Source: a bacterium (lineage in GTDB: Bacteria; SAR324; JACQKK01). Taken from it: a stretch of DNA of 64,000 nucleotides. Shown piece by piece: positions 11,162-20,114 of this stretch. Position numbers and translations under genes: made by a program. Within the stretch, counting starts at the first letter, position 1, and each line of letters begins with the position of its first letter. The notes beneath the pieces are model-generated. The model was not told the DNA's origin. It saw nothing but the letters and a program-made list of their open reading frames with translations, and made no database searches. Location: NCBI GenBank assembly GCA_965240465.1, contig OZ251219.1:1152001-1216000 (forward strand). The letters run 5' to 3'.

Positions 11162-11850
11162 GTCATGGCTGAAGAAGAAAAAATGAAAACAAGCACCGCA
11201 GCTTGACTGATTGGGGAGGCACTTTTATCTGGCTTGTCGGGGTATTGATAAATGTCATGGAGCTGGAAGCCATATTTGAGAGGGTTTATTGCTAGGCATT
11301 TTCGGGAGTGTTGTTTTCCTTGCATTGAGAATAGCAATCCGTTGGGCTTTAGGAAAGAGGCTGCCAATTTAAGTTGAGTCGTCAGACTGGCAAATGCACG
11401 ACAGATTATCCCATCAAAAGACTGTTGCCAAGCAGCTTGTTTTTCGAGCTGGTCAGCGTTGTCACACACAATGGATACATTTTCCAATGCCAGTTTGCGG
11501 ACTACTTCGGTTTGAAAGGTAGTTTTTTTGTGTGAGGAATCCAAGCAGGTAATTTGGCAATTCGGCTGACAAATTGCGAGCAGCAATCCCGGTAGACCAG
11601 CACCGCTACCGATGTCTAGCCAGATTCGGGGTTTTGAAAAGAGAGGAGTTGTTTGTACTGCCAAGCAATCATAGATATGTCTTTGGAGCAGTCGTTCGGG
11701 GTGGAGGTCATGTTTAGAAATCAGATTGATGGAATTTCCCCAATGTAGCAACATGTTACAGTAGGTTTTGATGCGAGTCAGAGACAGCTCATCCAGGGTT
11801 AACCCCAGCCGTTGGATGAAAGTAGGGATGTGGTACAGTTCAGCGAGCAT
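11158..11850 (-). CDS. rsmG: 16S rRNA m7G527 methyltransferase RsmG (GidB)
   Basis: WGNSINLIS, RHIYDCL, LDIGSGAGLPG, DSSHKK, ICRAFA; start placed at ATG 11850 to avoid overlap with the upstream gene. Confidence 0.92.
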   Translation of the reverse strand: MLAELYHIPTFIQRLGLTLDELSLTRIKTYCNMLLHWGNSINLISKHDLHPERLLQRHIYDCLAVQTTPLFSKPRIWLDIGSGAGLPGLLLAICQPNCQITCLDSSHKKTTFQTEVVRKLALENVSIVCDNADQLEKQAAWQQSFDGIICRAFASLTTQLKLAASFLKPNGLLFSMQGKQHSRKCLAINPLKYGFQLHDIYQYPDKPDKSASPISQAAVLVFIFSSSAMT

Positions 11851-11896
11851 TCCAGACAAAGGAATTGTGGGGTCTGTGCTTACAAGTTGGGGAGGC

Positions 11897-13114
11897 TTAG
11901 AACGTTCCTTGGAGACCAAAGGAAGTGATTTTACGCTTGATGACATTGCTACTGGTTTCAGTAGATTCGCTATTGGGGACGTTTTTAGAGTCGTTACTAG
12001 AGGAGGTTTGTGAGGCGAGCAAGCTGATTCTATCAGTGATTTTGAAGCGGAGTCGGATTTTAGTTTCTTGGCGGTCGTCTTTGCGGATATTTTTGGTATA
12101 TTTGCGGACTTGTTGTTGGAAATTAACATTCAAGCTTAATTTTCCGATGGCACCCCGAGCATCTACGAGCAAGGTGTTGTAGTCGTACTTGGAGTCATCG
12201 GTGCCTTCTGAGTCGCTTCCAACGACGAAGCTGGGAGCAATAGAAGCCCTTAATTCTTTGTTCGCAAATCGCACTCCCAACTTTGCTCTTTGGGCGGATA
12301 CGGCAACCTTGCTAGTATCAGCGAATTTTTTTTGGTTTAAGTTAATATCTGCACCCGCTCCTTGACCTCCTAACAGGTATCGGCCAACGCCCCCAGCCAG
12401 AGTATAAGAATTGCTAACATAATAATCTTTTTCCCCGACATCTACATCGCCAAGGCTGAATGTAAATCGTAGTTGCGGGGATGTTTTGCGGAAGGTACTG
12501 CTGAGGCCAATCACGTAAGCATCTACATTGTAAGTATTAAATTCTTCTTTAGCATAGCTGGTGCTTTGCCCAGAGAAGAACATCTGCCCTAGGGAGAAGT
12601 TTTGTCCAAAAACGATACTGGTTACGGTGCGATTGGCTTCGGTGGAGGCAGTTTGGTCATCAACGGTGGTGGGATTGGAGTCCTTTTCTTGGTCAAATCC
12701 TAGGGAGAAAAACCTTTGGCTACCACGGCCTTTTTGCAGGGTTTCCGTTTTTATAGTTCGGATAATGAATATTTTTTTACTAACATTGCCTTTTTCATCG
12801 GTGGCGATAACCTTTACAGTGGTTTTCCGTCGTTTGAAGTTAAACAATTTAGTAACACTAACGATACGCCCTGGGACAATTTCTTGTTCTTTGCCATTGA
12901 TTTTCAATTCTGTTATTTTGTCGTCATCTACGACAACAAAGTCTACCAAGAGTTCGCCTCTCAAGACCTCGGTTCTTTCAGCCAGTTCCGATGAGAGTAT
13001 TCGGGGGGGAGTTAGCTCAGTAGGGAGGGCATCAGCTTTTTTTTGGGCTTGAGCAGGCGAAGTTAACCACAAGCTACATGCTAGCAAAGTGAGGGTAGCG
13101 AAGGAGAATTTCAT
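11897..13114 (-). CDS. Secreted hypothetical protein: Ig-like N-terminal domain plus probable outer-membrane beta-barrel
   Basis: Signal peptide (..SPAQA), VKVIATDEKGNVS beta-sandwich motif, alternating beta pattern, C-terminal GLQGTF. Confidence 0.6.
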   Translation of the reverse strand: MKFSFATLTLLACSLWLTSPAQAQKKADALPTELTPPRILSSELAERTEVLRGELLVDFVVVDDDKITELKINGKEQEIVPGRIVSVTKLFNFKRRKTTVKVIATDEKGNVSKKIFIIRTIKTETLQKGRGSQRFFSLGFDQEKDSNPTTVDDQTASTEANRTVTSIVFGQNFSLGQMFFSGQSTSYAKEEFNTYNVDAYVIGLSSTFRKTSPQLRFTFSLGDVDVGEKDYYVSNSYTLAGGVGRYLLGGQGAGADINLNQKKFADTSKVAVSAQRAKLGVRFANKELRASIAPSFVVGSDSEGTDDSKYDYNTLLVDARGAIGKLSLNVNFQQQVRKYTKNIRKDDRQETKIRLRFKITDRISLLASQTSSSNDSKNVPNSESTETSSNVIKRKITSFGLQGTF

Positions 13115-13317
13115 TTTTTGTAGATTTTTGGCTATCATCAGCATCCTTAGAAATGTTTCCAGCGAGAAGCTGTCCATTTGCTTCTCGCAAGGCGGGAGGC
13201 AACAAACAATTTCCTTGTCACATTCACAACAAGGAGACTTTGTAGTGTGTATATTCTTTTACAAGCAAAAAGCAATCTCTCATTATGGCTATCACACTTA
13301 AAATTTGGATTGTCCAG

Positions 13318-14220
13318 TTATTTGGATTGTCCAGGCGGTATCACGATAACGCCGTTACTTGGATCCTGAATGACTTTTATATTAGTTTTAAATTCATCTA
13401 TTTCTTCTACGATGGATCCGATAACATCCTTCACTGATTCAGTGGTAGAGGTGGCTTTTTCTTTTTTAGCATCATCTTCATCTTCATCGGGGAAGAAGAG
13501 CGAAGGATCTTCTAGGTCTTTGGGCTCAGCTTCTTTTAATTTAGCGGATTCCACAAATGAGTCCCCAGATTTGTCTTTAGAATCGGTTGGAGTGGGATCT
13601 TTGTCAAAAACCTTTTTTATTTCTTCCGAAGCGACACGTGGTTTTGCCAGTTGTCCATTAGTTGAGCCGCCTATGCTTCCTTCGTTGACTACCACAGCTT
13701 GGCTGAGGTCATTTTGTAGTTGTACCTGATCTTTTGATACAAATAGCACGGAATCACCATTACTGGCTACTTCTACAACATATTCGGTTCCTTTTATCCC
13801 TGCGACATAGTTAGGTGTTTTCACCGCAAAACGCTGTCCTTTACTAAGTGATTGCAGTGTTTTCAGACGGAAACGGCCGTACATGGCACGCAAACGACCT
13901 TGTATATTGTTTCTGGTGAATTGCTTGACCATAAAAACTGAATTGCTGTACAAAGTAATCTGAACTTGTCTCTGGTTTTTGGGCTTGAGTTGTACCAAGC
14001 CTTTTTGACCTACTTGTACGACATCGCCTTCTTCCACAGGAGAAATTTCAGGTGCTCGCAACAATATTTCTTTGTCTTGACGCACAATAGTGGCACTACC
14101 CTTCACAATGCGAATATCGGCATATTGGGCTTGTGCTAATGTTGAGTACGAAAGGCAGATTACCAACATTCCTAGAATGGTTGTAGCCAACAAGATGGAA
14201 TGGGTGGTGTTTCTCTTCAT
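13318..14220 (-). CDS. FecR-domain secreted protein with acidic tail
   Basis: Signal peptide, VKGSATI, GDVVQVG, FAVKTPNYVAGIKGTEYVV. Confidence 0.8.
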   Translation of the reverse strand: MKRNTTHSILLATTILGMLVICLSYSTLAQAQYADIRIVKGSATIVRQDKEILLRAPEISPVEEGDVVQVGQKGLVQLKPKNQRQVQITLYSNSVFMVKQFTRNNIQGRLRAMYGRFRLKTLQSLSKGQRFAVKTPNYVAGIKGTEYVVEVASNGDSVLFVSKDQVQLQNDLSQAVVVNEGSIGGSTNGQLAKPRVASEEIKKVFDKDPTPTDSKDKSGDSFVESAKLKEAEPKDLEDPSLFFPDEDEDDAKKEKATSTTESVKDVIGSIVEEIDEFKTNIKVIQDPSNGVIVIPPGQSK

Positions 14221-14461
14221 GATGATCTCTCATTTTTTCTTGGAATTATTTCAGAATTACTCTTCAGAATCATTTCAGAGCTCTTTTCCTTGAATAAGAA
14301 CCACCTATATTTTCCCACATTTAAGGCAATCAAGTCAAGTTTTTGGGTTAAGGGTTTTGCTAAGGGAGAGCTAAGGCATAAAATTGGATTATTTCTTTTC
14401 TTTCTTTCATTTAATTTATATTTTTTGGGTTAAGATCCAATTTTGGTCGTAGGTTTCAATT

Positions 14462-14866
14462 TTGCAACTGGAAATTCTTACTCGTGAAAAAGTGGTGTTA
14501 AACACCGATATTCTCTGGGTTAATTTGCCCGCAGAAAATGGAGAAATAGGGATTCTTCCCCAGCACGCACCCTTAGTAACCACTCTTGACTCAGGCGTGC
14601 TAAGCTATCAGCCAAATGGTAAAACTACTTTTGTGGCGGTTCATTATGGCTATGCCCGCATTGATGGAGAAAAAGTGATCGTCATGTGTAAAATGTGCGA
14701 ATTAGTGCCAGATATTGACCTAAAAAGAGCTCAGGAAGCCGAACAAAAAGCAGGAAAAACCATGCAGGAAATGTTTGCTGAACAAGCCTCGCCCGAGCAA
14801 ATGCAGGTTTATGCTGCTAAATTGAAGCGTGCCATCATAAGACAAAGTGCCTGCCAATCTGCTTAG
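14462..14866 (+). CDS. atpC: ATP synthase F1 epsilon subunit (orphan)
   Basis: LEILT, LPAENGEIGILPQHAPLVTTL, ID..RAQEA, LKRAIIR. Confidence 0.93.
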   Translation: MQLEILTREKVVLNTDILWVNLPAENGEIGILPQHAPLVTTLDSGVLSYQPNGKTTFVAVHYGYARIDGEKVIVMCKMCELVPDIDLKRAQEAEQKAGKTMQEMFAEQASPEQMQVYAAKLKRAIIRQSACQSA

Positions 14867-14901
14867 AGTGAAACACATAGCCAGATTTAAGTGAGATCAA
14901 T

Positions 14902-17571
14902 ATGAAAGCATTTCTTAGATTGCGACTATGGGTACGGATTTGTTTGGGATTTGGTGGCTTGGGATTATTCAGTTTGGGGTGGCTGTATATTACTCTGCCA
15001 TCCATTGATGCTTTAGATAATCCCGAGTTCAGTTTGCCGACCATCATTTACGATAGGCATGGCAATCGGGTAGATTCGTTGTACATAAAGCAGCGTAAGT
15101 TGGTGGAGTACGATGAGTTACCGCCTCATTTGATAAACGCACTGCTGGCGAAGGAAGATGCTCGTTTTATAGATCATCACGGGATTGACCCAGTTAGGAT
15201 TGTCAAGGCGGCGTGGGTAAATTTTTTGGCATTGGATGCTGTGCAAGGTGCGAGTACTTTGACTCAGCAGACGGCGCGTCAGTTTTTTCTTACCTTGGAG
15301 AAGACTTGGTCGCGCAAGTTTCGGGAGATATTACTGGCATTAAAGATAGAGCGTAAGTTCAGCAAGAAGCAGATAATCACCTTGTATTTGAACAAGGTCA
15401 ATTTTGGGGATGTCTGGGGAGTGTCGGCGGCGGCGGAGCATTATTTCGGCAAGGAGGTACAGGAATTGAATCTAGAAGAAGGGGCTACTTTGATAGGGCT
15501 ATTACCGGCACCCAATTTGTACAAGCCTACTAGGAATCCTCATTTAGCCTTGAAGCATCGCAACATTGTACTTCAGCGGATGGAAAATGAAGAGGCAATT
15601 AGTAATTTGGAATACTTGGCGGCGATAAAGCGTCCTCTAAAGATCGCGGCTGGCAAGGAGGATGTATCCAAGGCAGCTTCTTATTATGTAGAGCTGGTAC
15701 GTCGCAGATTGCAGGAGAAATTCGGAAGCAAAAAACTTTATGAGGGAGGCTTACATGTCTACACCTCCATGTCCTTAGATTTTCAGCGAGCTGCGTATAA
15801 AGCACTTCTCAATGGAGTAAGGGAAATAAACATTAGGCAAGGATATCGTCCTACCGAGGAGTCGGTGCAATTGAAGGGCTCGCAGAACAAGGAGATTTTC
15901 GCCAGCCTGAATCCCAGCCTCCCAGACGGTTCTGTTAATGGGATGGAAATATTCATTCCCGAAAAGAGATTTAATGCGGTAGTGGTGTCACTAAATTCTC
16001 AGCAAGCACTCTTGCAGTTTTCTGCTCAGCATCAAGGACTGCTATTGCTCAATGATGTCAATAAACGCTGGAAGATCTTGCTTCGCTATCAAGGTTCTAA
16101 ATTACATCAAGAAACATTTTCGTCTCTTGCCCGAGCGATGAAATTAGGTAGTCTCGTTCAGGTTATCGCCTTGGATAAAACGCAAAATGGCATAAGACGC
16201 TTCCAATTACATCAATATCCCTTAGCCAATGGAGCGGTCTACGCGGCAGATCCCAACAGCGGTGAAGTGCTGGCAATGGTAGGCGGAATACGCTTTGGTC
16301 GCTCTCAAGGTGAAAGTGAGTTTATACGAGCTACCCAAGCTCAAAGACAGCCCGGTTCTGCGTTTAAGCCCATAATATACGCGGCTGCCCTAGATGAAGG
16401 CTTTACTCCAGCCACCATCCTAGATGATAGCCCACGTACCTTTGTGTTACAGACAGGTAAGAAGCATACTCCTCAAAACTACGATCAACGCTTCTTGGGG
16501 TTCGTTAGTTTGCGCGATTCTTTAGTTCGCAGTAGGAATGTGCCTACCGTGCAGCTGGTACAGAATATAGGTGTAGATAGAGTAATTGAGTATTCTCGCA
16601 AGTTTGGTATTTCCACTCCTATTCCTAGGGAAGGCCTGATTGCCTTGGGTACTCATTCAGTTAAATTATCCGAACTCACCCGTGCCTATGGCGTGTTTGC
16701 CTCAGGAGGATACCTTGCCAAGCCCATCTATATCCTTCGCGTTGAAGATAGTGATGGCAAAATTCTGCTTGAAAATACACCAGAAAGCGAAGAAATTATT
16801 TCTCCTAGCACGGCTTTCTTAATTACCGATATACTCCGTGATGTGGTTAGGCGTCCCTCAGGTACTGCCTATCGTGCCTTGCGAGGACTAAATCTGCCCG
16901 CGGCAGGTAAAACAGGAACTACCCAAAATTACACTGATGCTTGGTACATCGGCTTTTTGCCTCAGCTCATCGCAGGGGTGTACGTCGGCATAGATGACCA
17001 CCGCAAATCGTTGGGTTCTTATGAAACTGGCTCACGGGCGGCGGCTCCAGTTTGGAAGAACTTTATTGCACAGATCTCATCGCTATTGACCGTTGAATCC
17101 TTCTTGCAACCTAACTCTGTGGTGACTCATCGTGTCAGCAAGAATGGACAATTCATCACTAGGTGCGATGAACAAACTGAACAACGCTATGAACTCTTTA
17201 AGCAAGAATCCATCCCGCCACGCAACAAAAGTGCTTGCGATGTCCTACCTAACATTGCCAAAGGACCGCCACCGCAGTCATCGGATGGCTATGACACGGA
17301 TGGCTATGACACGGGTGACAATGACACGGGTGACAATGACACGGATGACAATGACACGGATGACATAGATCAGCTGGAAGAAGCTGATCTCGCTGAAATT
17401 GATGAAACAAATGATCCTATCGGTGAAGATGCTGATTCTGCCAAGGATGACAACACCGATGAGCAGCTACCCGAAGAAGAGCTGCCCGAAGAAGAGCTGC
17501 CCAAAGAAGAGCTGCCCAAAGAAGAGCTGCCCAAAGAAGATCTGCTCGAAGAAGAGGATTTCCAGCTTTAG
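14902..17571 (+). CDS. mrcA: Penicillin-binding protein 1A (class A PBP) with acidic repeat tail
   Basis: EDARF..HHGID, GASTLTQQ, RKFRE, RQPGSAFKP (SxxK), SRN, KTGT. Confidence 0.95.
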   Translation: MKAFLRLRLWVRICLGFGGLGLFSLGWLYITLPSIDALDNPEFSLPTIIYDRHGNRVDSLYIKQRKLVEYDELPPHLINALLAKEDARFIDHHGIDPVRIVKAAWVNFLALDAVQGASTLTQQTARQFFLTLEKTWSRKFREILLALKIERKFSKKQIITLYLNKVNFGDVWGVSAAAEHYFGKEVQELNLEEGATLIGLLPAPNLYKPTRNPHLALKHRNIVLQRMENEEAISNLEYLAAIKRPLKIAAGKEDVSKAASYYVELVRRRLQEKFGSKKLYEGGLHVYTSMSLDFQRAAYKALLNGVREINIRQGYRPTEESVQLKGSQNKEIFASLNPSLPDGSVNGMEIFIPEKRFNAVVVSLNSQQALLQFSAQHQGLLLLNDVNKRWKILLRYQGSKLHQETFSSLARAMKLGSLVQVIALDKTQNGIRRFQLHQYPLANGAVYAADPNSGEVLAMVGGIRFGRSQGESEFIRATQAQRQPGSAFKPIIYAAALDEGFTPATILDDSPRTFVLQTGKKHTPQNYDQRFLGFVSLRDSLVRSRNVPTVQLVQNIGVDRVIEYSRKFGISTPIPREGLIALGTHSVKLSELTRAYGVFASGGYLAKPIYILRVEDSDGKILLENTPESEEIISPSTAFLITDILRDVVRRPSGTAYRALRGLNLPAAGKTGTTQNYTDAWYIGFLPQLIAGVYVGIDDHRKSLGSYETGSRAAAPVWKNFIAQISSLLTVESFLQPNSVVTHRVSKNGQFITRCDEQTEQRYELFKQESIPPRNKSACDVLPNIAKGPPPQSSDGYDTDGYDTGDNDTGDNDTDDNDTDDIDQLEEADLAEIDETNDPIGEDADSAKDDNTDEQLPEEELPEEELPKEELPKEELPKEDLLEEEDFQL
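17283..17553. repeat. Two 15-bp in-frame repeat blocks (DTDGY/DTGDN; EELPK) in the PBP1A tail
   Basis: GACACGG(A/G)TG(G/A)C(T/A)AT and GAAGAGCTGCCC(G/A)AA repeats. Confidence 0.88.
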
Positions 17572-17585
17572 ATGTTGCCCCAAAC

Positions 17586-18245
17586 TTAGGGCAAGGTATT
17601 GAAGCGGTATCCGATGCTGAGTCCGCTCATTGATGTTGTTCCGTTACGCTGGGCGGTTTTTATGCTGGGGATCAGGCGAACAGAAAAGCGGATGGCTAGT
17701 TTGGATTTAGGGTGTTCGTAGCCTATGGCGGTAAGAAGTCCTATTTCATAGCTAGGCTTTTCTGTTTGGGTTTTGCTCTTGAATTCAGAGGTTGCATTTT
17801 TTGAAGCGTAGGTTTCAGATACCAGTACTGGTCCGCTAGCAAAAAAGAATTCTCTACTCCAGAAACGTAGTTCAGTACCGAAGCTCTGCAAGTTGTATTG
17901 GAGGTTTGGCAGTTCTGGTTTTTTATTTTCGTGGTTGATAGAGGTGCGGTTGGGTTTGCCAGATATGCTCTCTAAGAACAGGTACAGTGAAAGCGAGTTT
18001 TCATAGATGAATTGATAGCCTAGTTCCAATCCTGTTGCAGTACCTTTTGTAAGATAGGTTTCTTGGGGTGGTATATCGGTGACTTCGAAGAAATCTGTGG
18101 TGGGGCTTCCAGTGAATTCTCCTGATGAAGTATATGAATAAAAGGGCAGAGCAATAGAAATCCCCCTCCAAGGCTGAGCCAAAACGGCGGCTGGTAGCGA
18201 TAGGATGGCTATAGCTATGAGATATGTTTTTAATATGTGTTGCAT
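17586..18245 (-). CDS. Small outer-membrane beta-barrel protein, paralog 3
   Basis: Signal peptide, AQPWRG, GLELGYQF, C-terminal SIGYRF. Confidence 0.7.
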   Translation of the reverse strand: MQHILKTYLIAIAILSLPAAVLAQPWRGISIALPFYSYTSSGEFTGSPTTDFFEVTDIPPQETYLTKGTATGLELGYQFIYENSLSLYLFLESISGKPNRTSINHENKKPELPNLQYNLQSFGTELRFWSREFFFASGPVLVSETYASKNATSEFKSKTQTEKPSYEIGLLTAIGYEHPKSKLAIRFSVRLIPSIKTAQRNGTTSMSGLSIGYRFNTLP

Positions 18246-18289
18246 TGGAGTTCTTTTTTTGCGGGGCGGTGAGGTTTAGAATGTGCCGA

Positions 18290-18961
18290 TTATCTTCGTC
18301 CCCAACGGTAGCCGATGTTGAATCTGAGAGAAGATAATTTATTTACCTGTCGGTCTTCAGATATCAGTTTGGAGGTAGAGCGTTCGGATAGTCGTAGTGT
18401 CAGTCCCAGTTTTGGGATTTCGGTTCCTACTGAGTAAATCAGGCCTGACTTAGGTTCTGTTTTTATTGAGGTGGAGGTTATGATGTTTTCATTTATGTTT
18501 TTTATCTCGTAAATTTCTTCTATGTAGACAATTCCCAGTCCGATATAAAGTGCCTCCATCCATAAGCGAGTTTCTAATCCTGATCCCTTTTGAGTATATC
18601 CTAGGTCTTGGAAATTAGATTCTTTTCTATCGTATGATTCAAGAGCTAAGGAGGAAGGTTTTCCTGATAATTCATCTAGGAAATAGTAAATGGAGTAATG
18701 CGGTACTGGTGCATGTTGATAGCCTATCTGGAATCCAGTTCCATCGCCTAAGGTGCTATAGGTGGCTGTGTCGATGGTTTCTAGGTTGGTTTTATAACCA
18801 AAGAAGGTGCTTTGTTGGGTGAATTCCCCACTTGAATCGTAGTTTCCGCTGGTCCAAGAAACAGAAAATCCAGACCACGGCTGTGAAAAAGAATCCTCCG
18901 GTAATAACAATAGTCCAATAAAACTGGCGATGATAACACCAATAATGTTTCGGAGGAGCAT
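18290..18961 (-). CDS. Small outer-membrane beta-barrel protein, paralog 2
   Basis: Signal peptide from ATG 18961, SQPWSG, GFQIGYQH, C-terminal NIGYRW. Confidence 0.7.
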   Translation of the reverse strand: MLLRNIIGVIIASFIGLLLLPEDSFSQPWSGFSVSWTSGNYDSSGEFTQQSTFFGYKTNLETIDTATYSTLGDGTGFQIGYQHAPVPHYSIYYFLDELSGKPSSLALESYDRKESNFQDLGYTQKGSGLETRLWMEALYIGLGIVYIEEIYEIKNINENIITSTSIKTEPKSGLIYSVGTEIPKLGLTLRLSERSTSKLISEDRQVNKLSSLRFNIGYRWGRR

Positions 18962-19069
18962 TAAGTTACAATCTCTGGTGAAGGGCTGTAGGAAACACAA
19001 CTCCATTGTACCACAGAGAATATCCTTACACAAGGAACGCTGACTAGTCATCCGATCAAGAAACCAGCC

Positions 19070-19182
19070 CATGCTAGCGACCGAGTAATTCTCATGCCAG
19101 CGACCGAGTAATTCTCATGCTAGCGATTGAGTAATTCTCATGCCAGCGACCGAGTAATTCTCATGCTAGCGATTGAGTAATT
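19070..19182. repeat. 23-bp tandem repeat x5
   Basis: CATGC(T/C)AGCGA(CC/TT)GAGTAATTCT, contiguous with no spacers. Confidence 0.95.
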
Positions 19183-19191
19183 TTTTGTGGT

Positions 19192-19857
19192 TTAGCTTCC
19201 CCATCGGTAGCCTATGGCTAGTAGGTTGTATTTTGTGGAGCTTATTCTTTCTGCGGTCACCAAGTTTTTAACGGAACGCACCGAAAACCTTACTGTTATG
19301 CCATAGACATAATTTTCATATCCCAAGGATGGAAAAGCGGTCAGTTTGCCATCCATACTTTTGGGTAAGAAGGATAATATTTCATCAGTGCCATCCTTTA
19401 GGCGGTGTTCATCTTGTATCCTAGCTACTCCTATGGCTCCGTAAAAGCCTCTTGACCAATAACGACCTTCTGTGCCGAATGCTCTTACGCGGTACGATAA
19501 ATTATCCAATCTATTTTCTGTTCCTTCCTGGTCCCTGGTTATTATATCATCGCCCCCCGAAAAGCCATCAGCAAATAAGTACAGGGAGGCATGCTTACTG
19601 AGTACAAACTGATAACCCAAGTCCAGCCCTAATCCATTTCCTTTGACCTGGAAGGTATCGCCACTGGAAACCTGAACGCCAAAGAAATCACTCTCTCTAC
19701 GGAACGCTCCATCTGCTGAATAGTTGCTATTTACCAAAGCAAGAGAAGGACCCTCCCATGGCTGCGCGAGCACCCACATCGGCAACAAAACCAGTCCTGC
19801 TAAGCTAGCAATGACGGCCTTTGGCAGACATTTGGATTTTACGGCATGTAGTTTCAA
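19192..19857 (-). CDS. Small outer-membrane beta-barrel protein, paralog 1
   Basis: Signal peptide, AQPWEG, GLDLGYQF, C-terminal AIGYRW. Confidence 0.7.
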   Translation of the reverse strand: MKLHAVKSKCLPKAVIASLAGLVLLPMWVLAQPWEGPSLALVNSNYSADGAFRRESDFFGVQVSSGDTFQVKGNGLGLDLGYQFVLSKHASLYLFADGFSGGDDIITRDQEGTENRLDNLSYRVRAFGTEGRYWSRGFYGAIGVARIQDEHRLKDGTDEILSFLPKSMDGKLTAFPSLGYENYVYGITVRFSVRSVKNLVTAERISSTKYNLLAIGYRWGS

Positions 19858-20114
19858 ATAACAAAGGGCTTAGCTAAGGATTGAAGCAACAATGGAAGGG
19901 GAACGCTTAAAAAACCATAACTCGGGAGCATTATTTTCTGCACTTAAGAGCAGTGTTTTTACTTCTTTTTCATTCATTATCCATCCATTCAACTTAAATA
20001 AAATAAACAAAGTCTCTCAAAGACCTTCCCACTACCAGAACGCTACCGATACGCTGTTAGTGGGAATTAGTCTAGTCTTTTTTATCTGCTAATGAAAAAA
20101 AATAGTTTTTGTTG

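Noticed and set aside
11851-12129. Long N-terminal extension of RsmG
   Set aside because: Overlaps the upstream barrel gene in another frame; homology starts after ATG 11850
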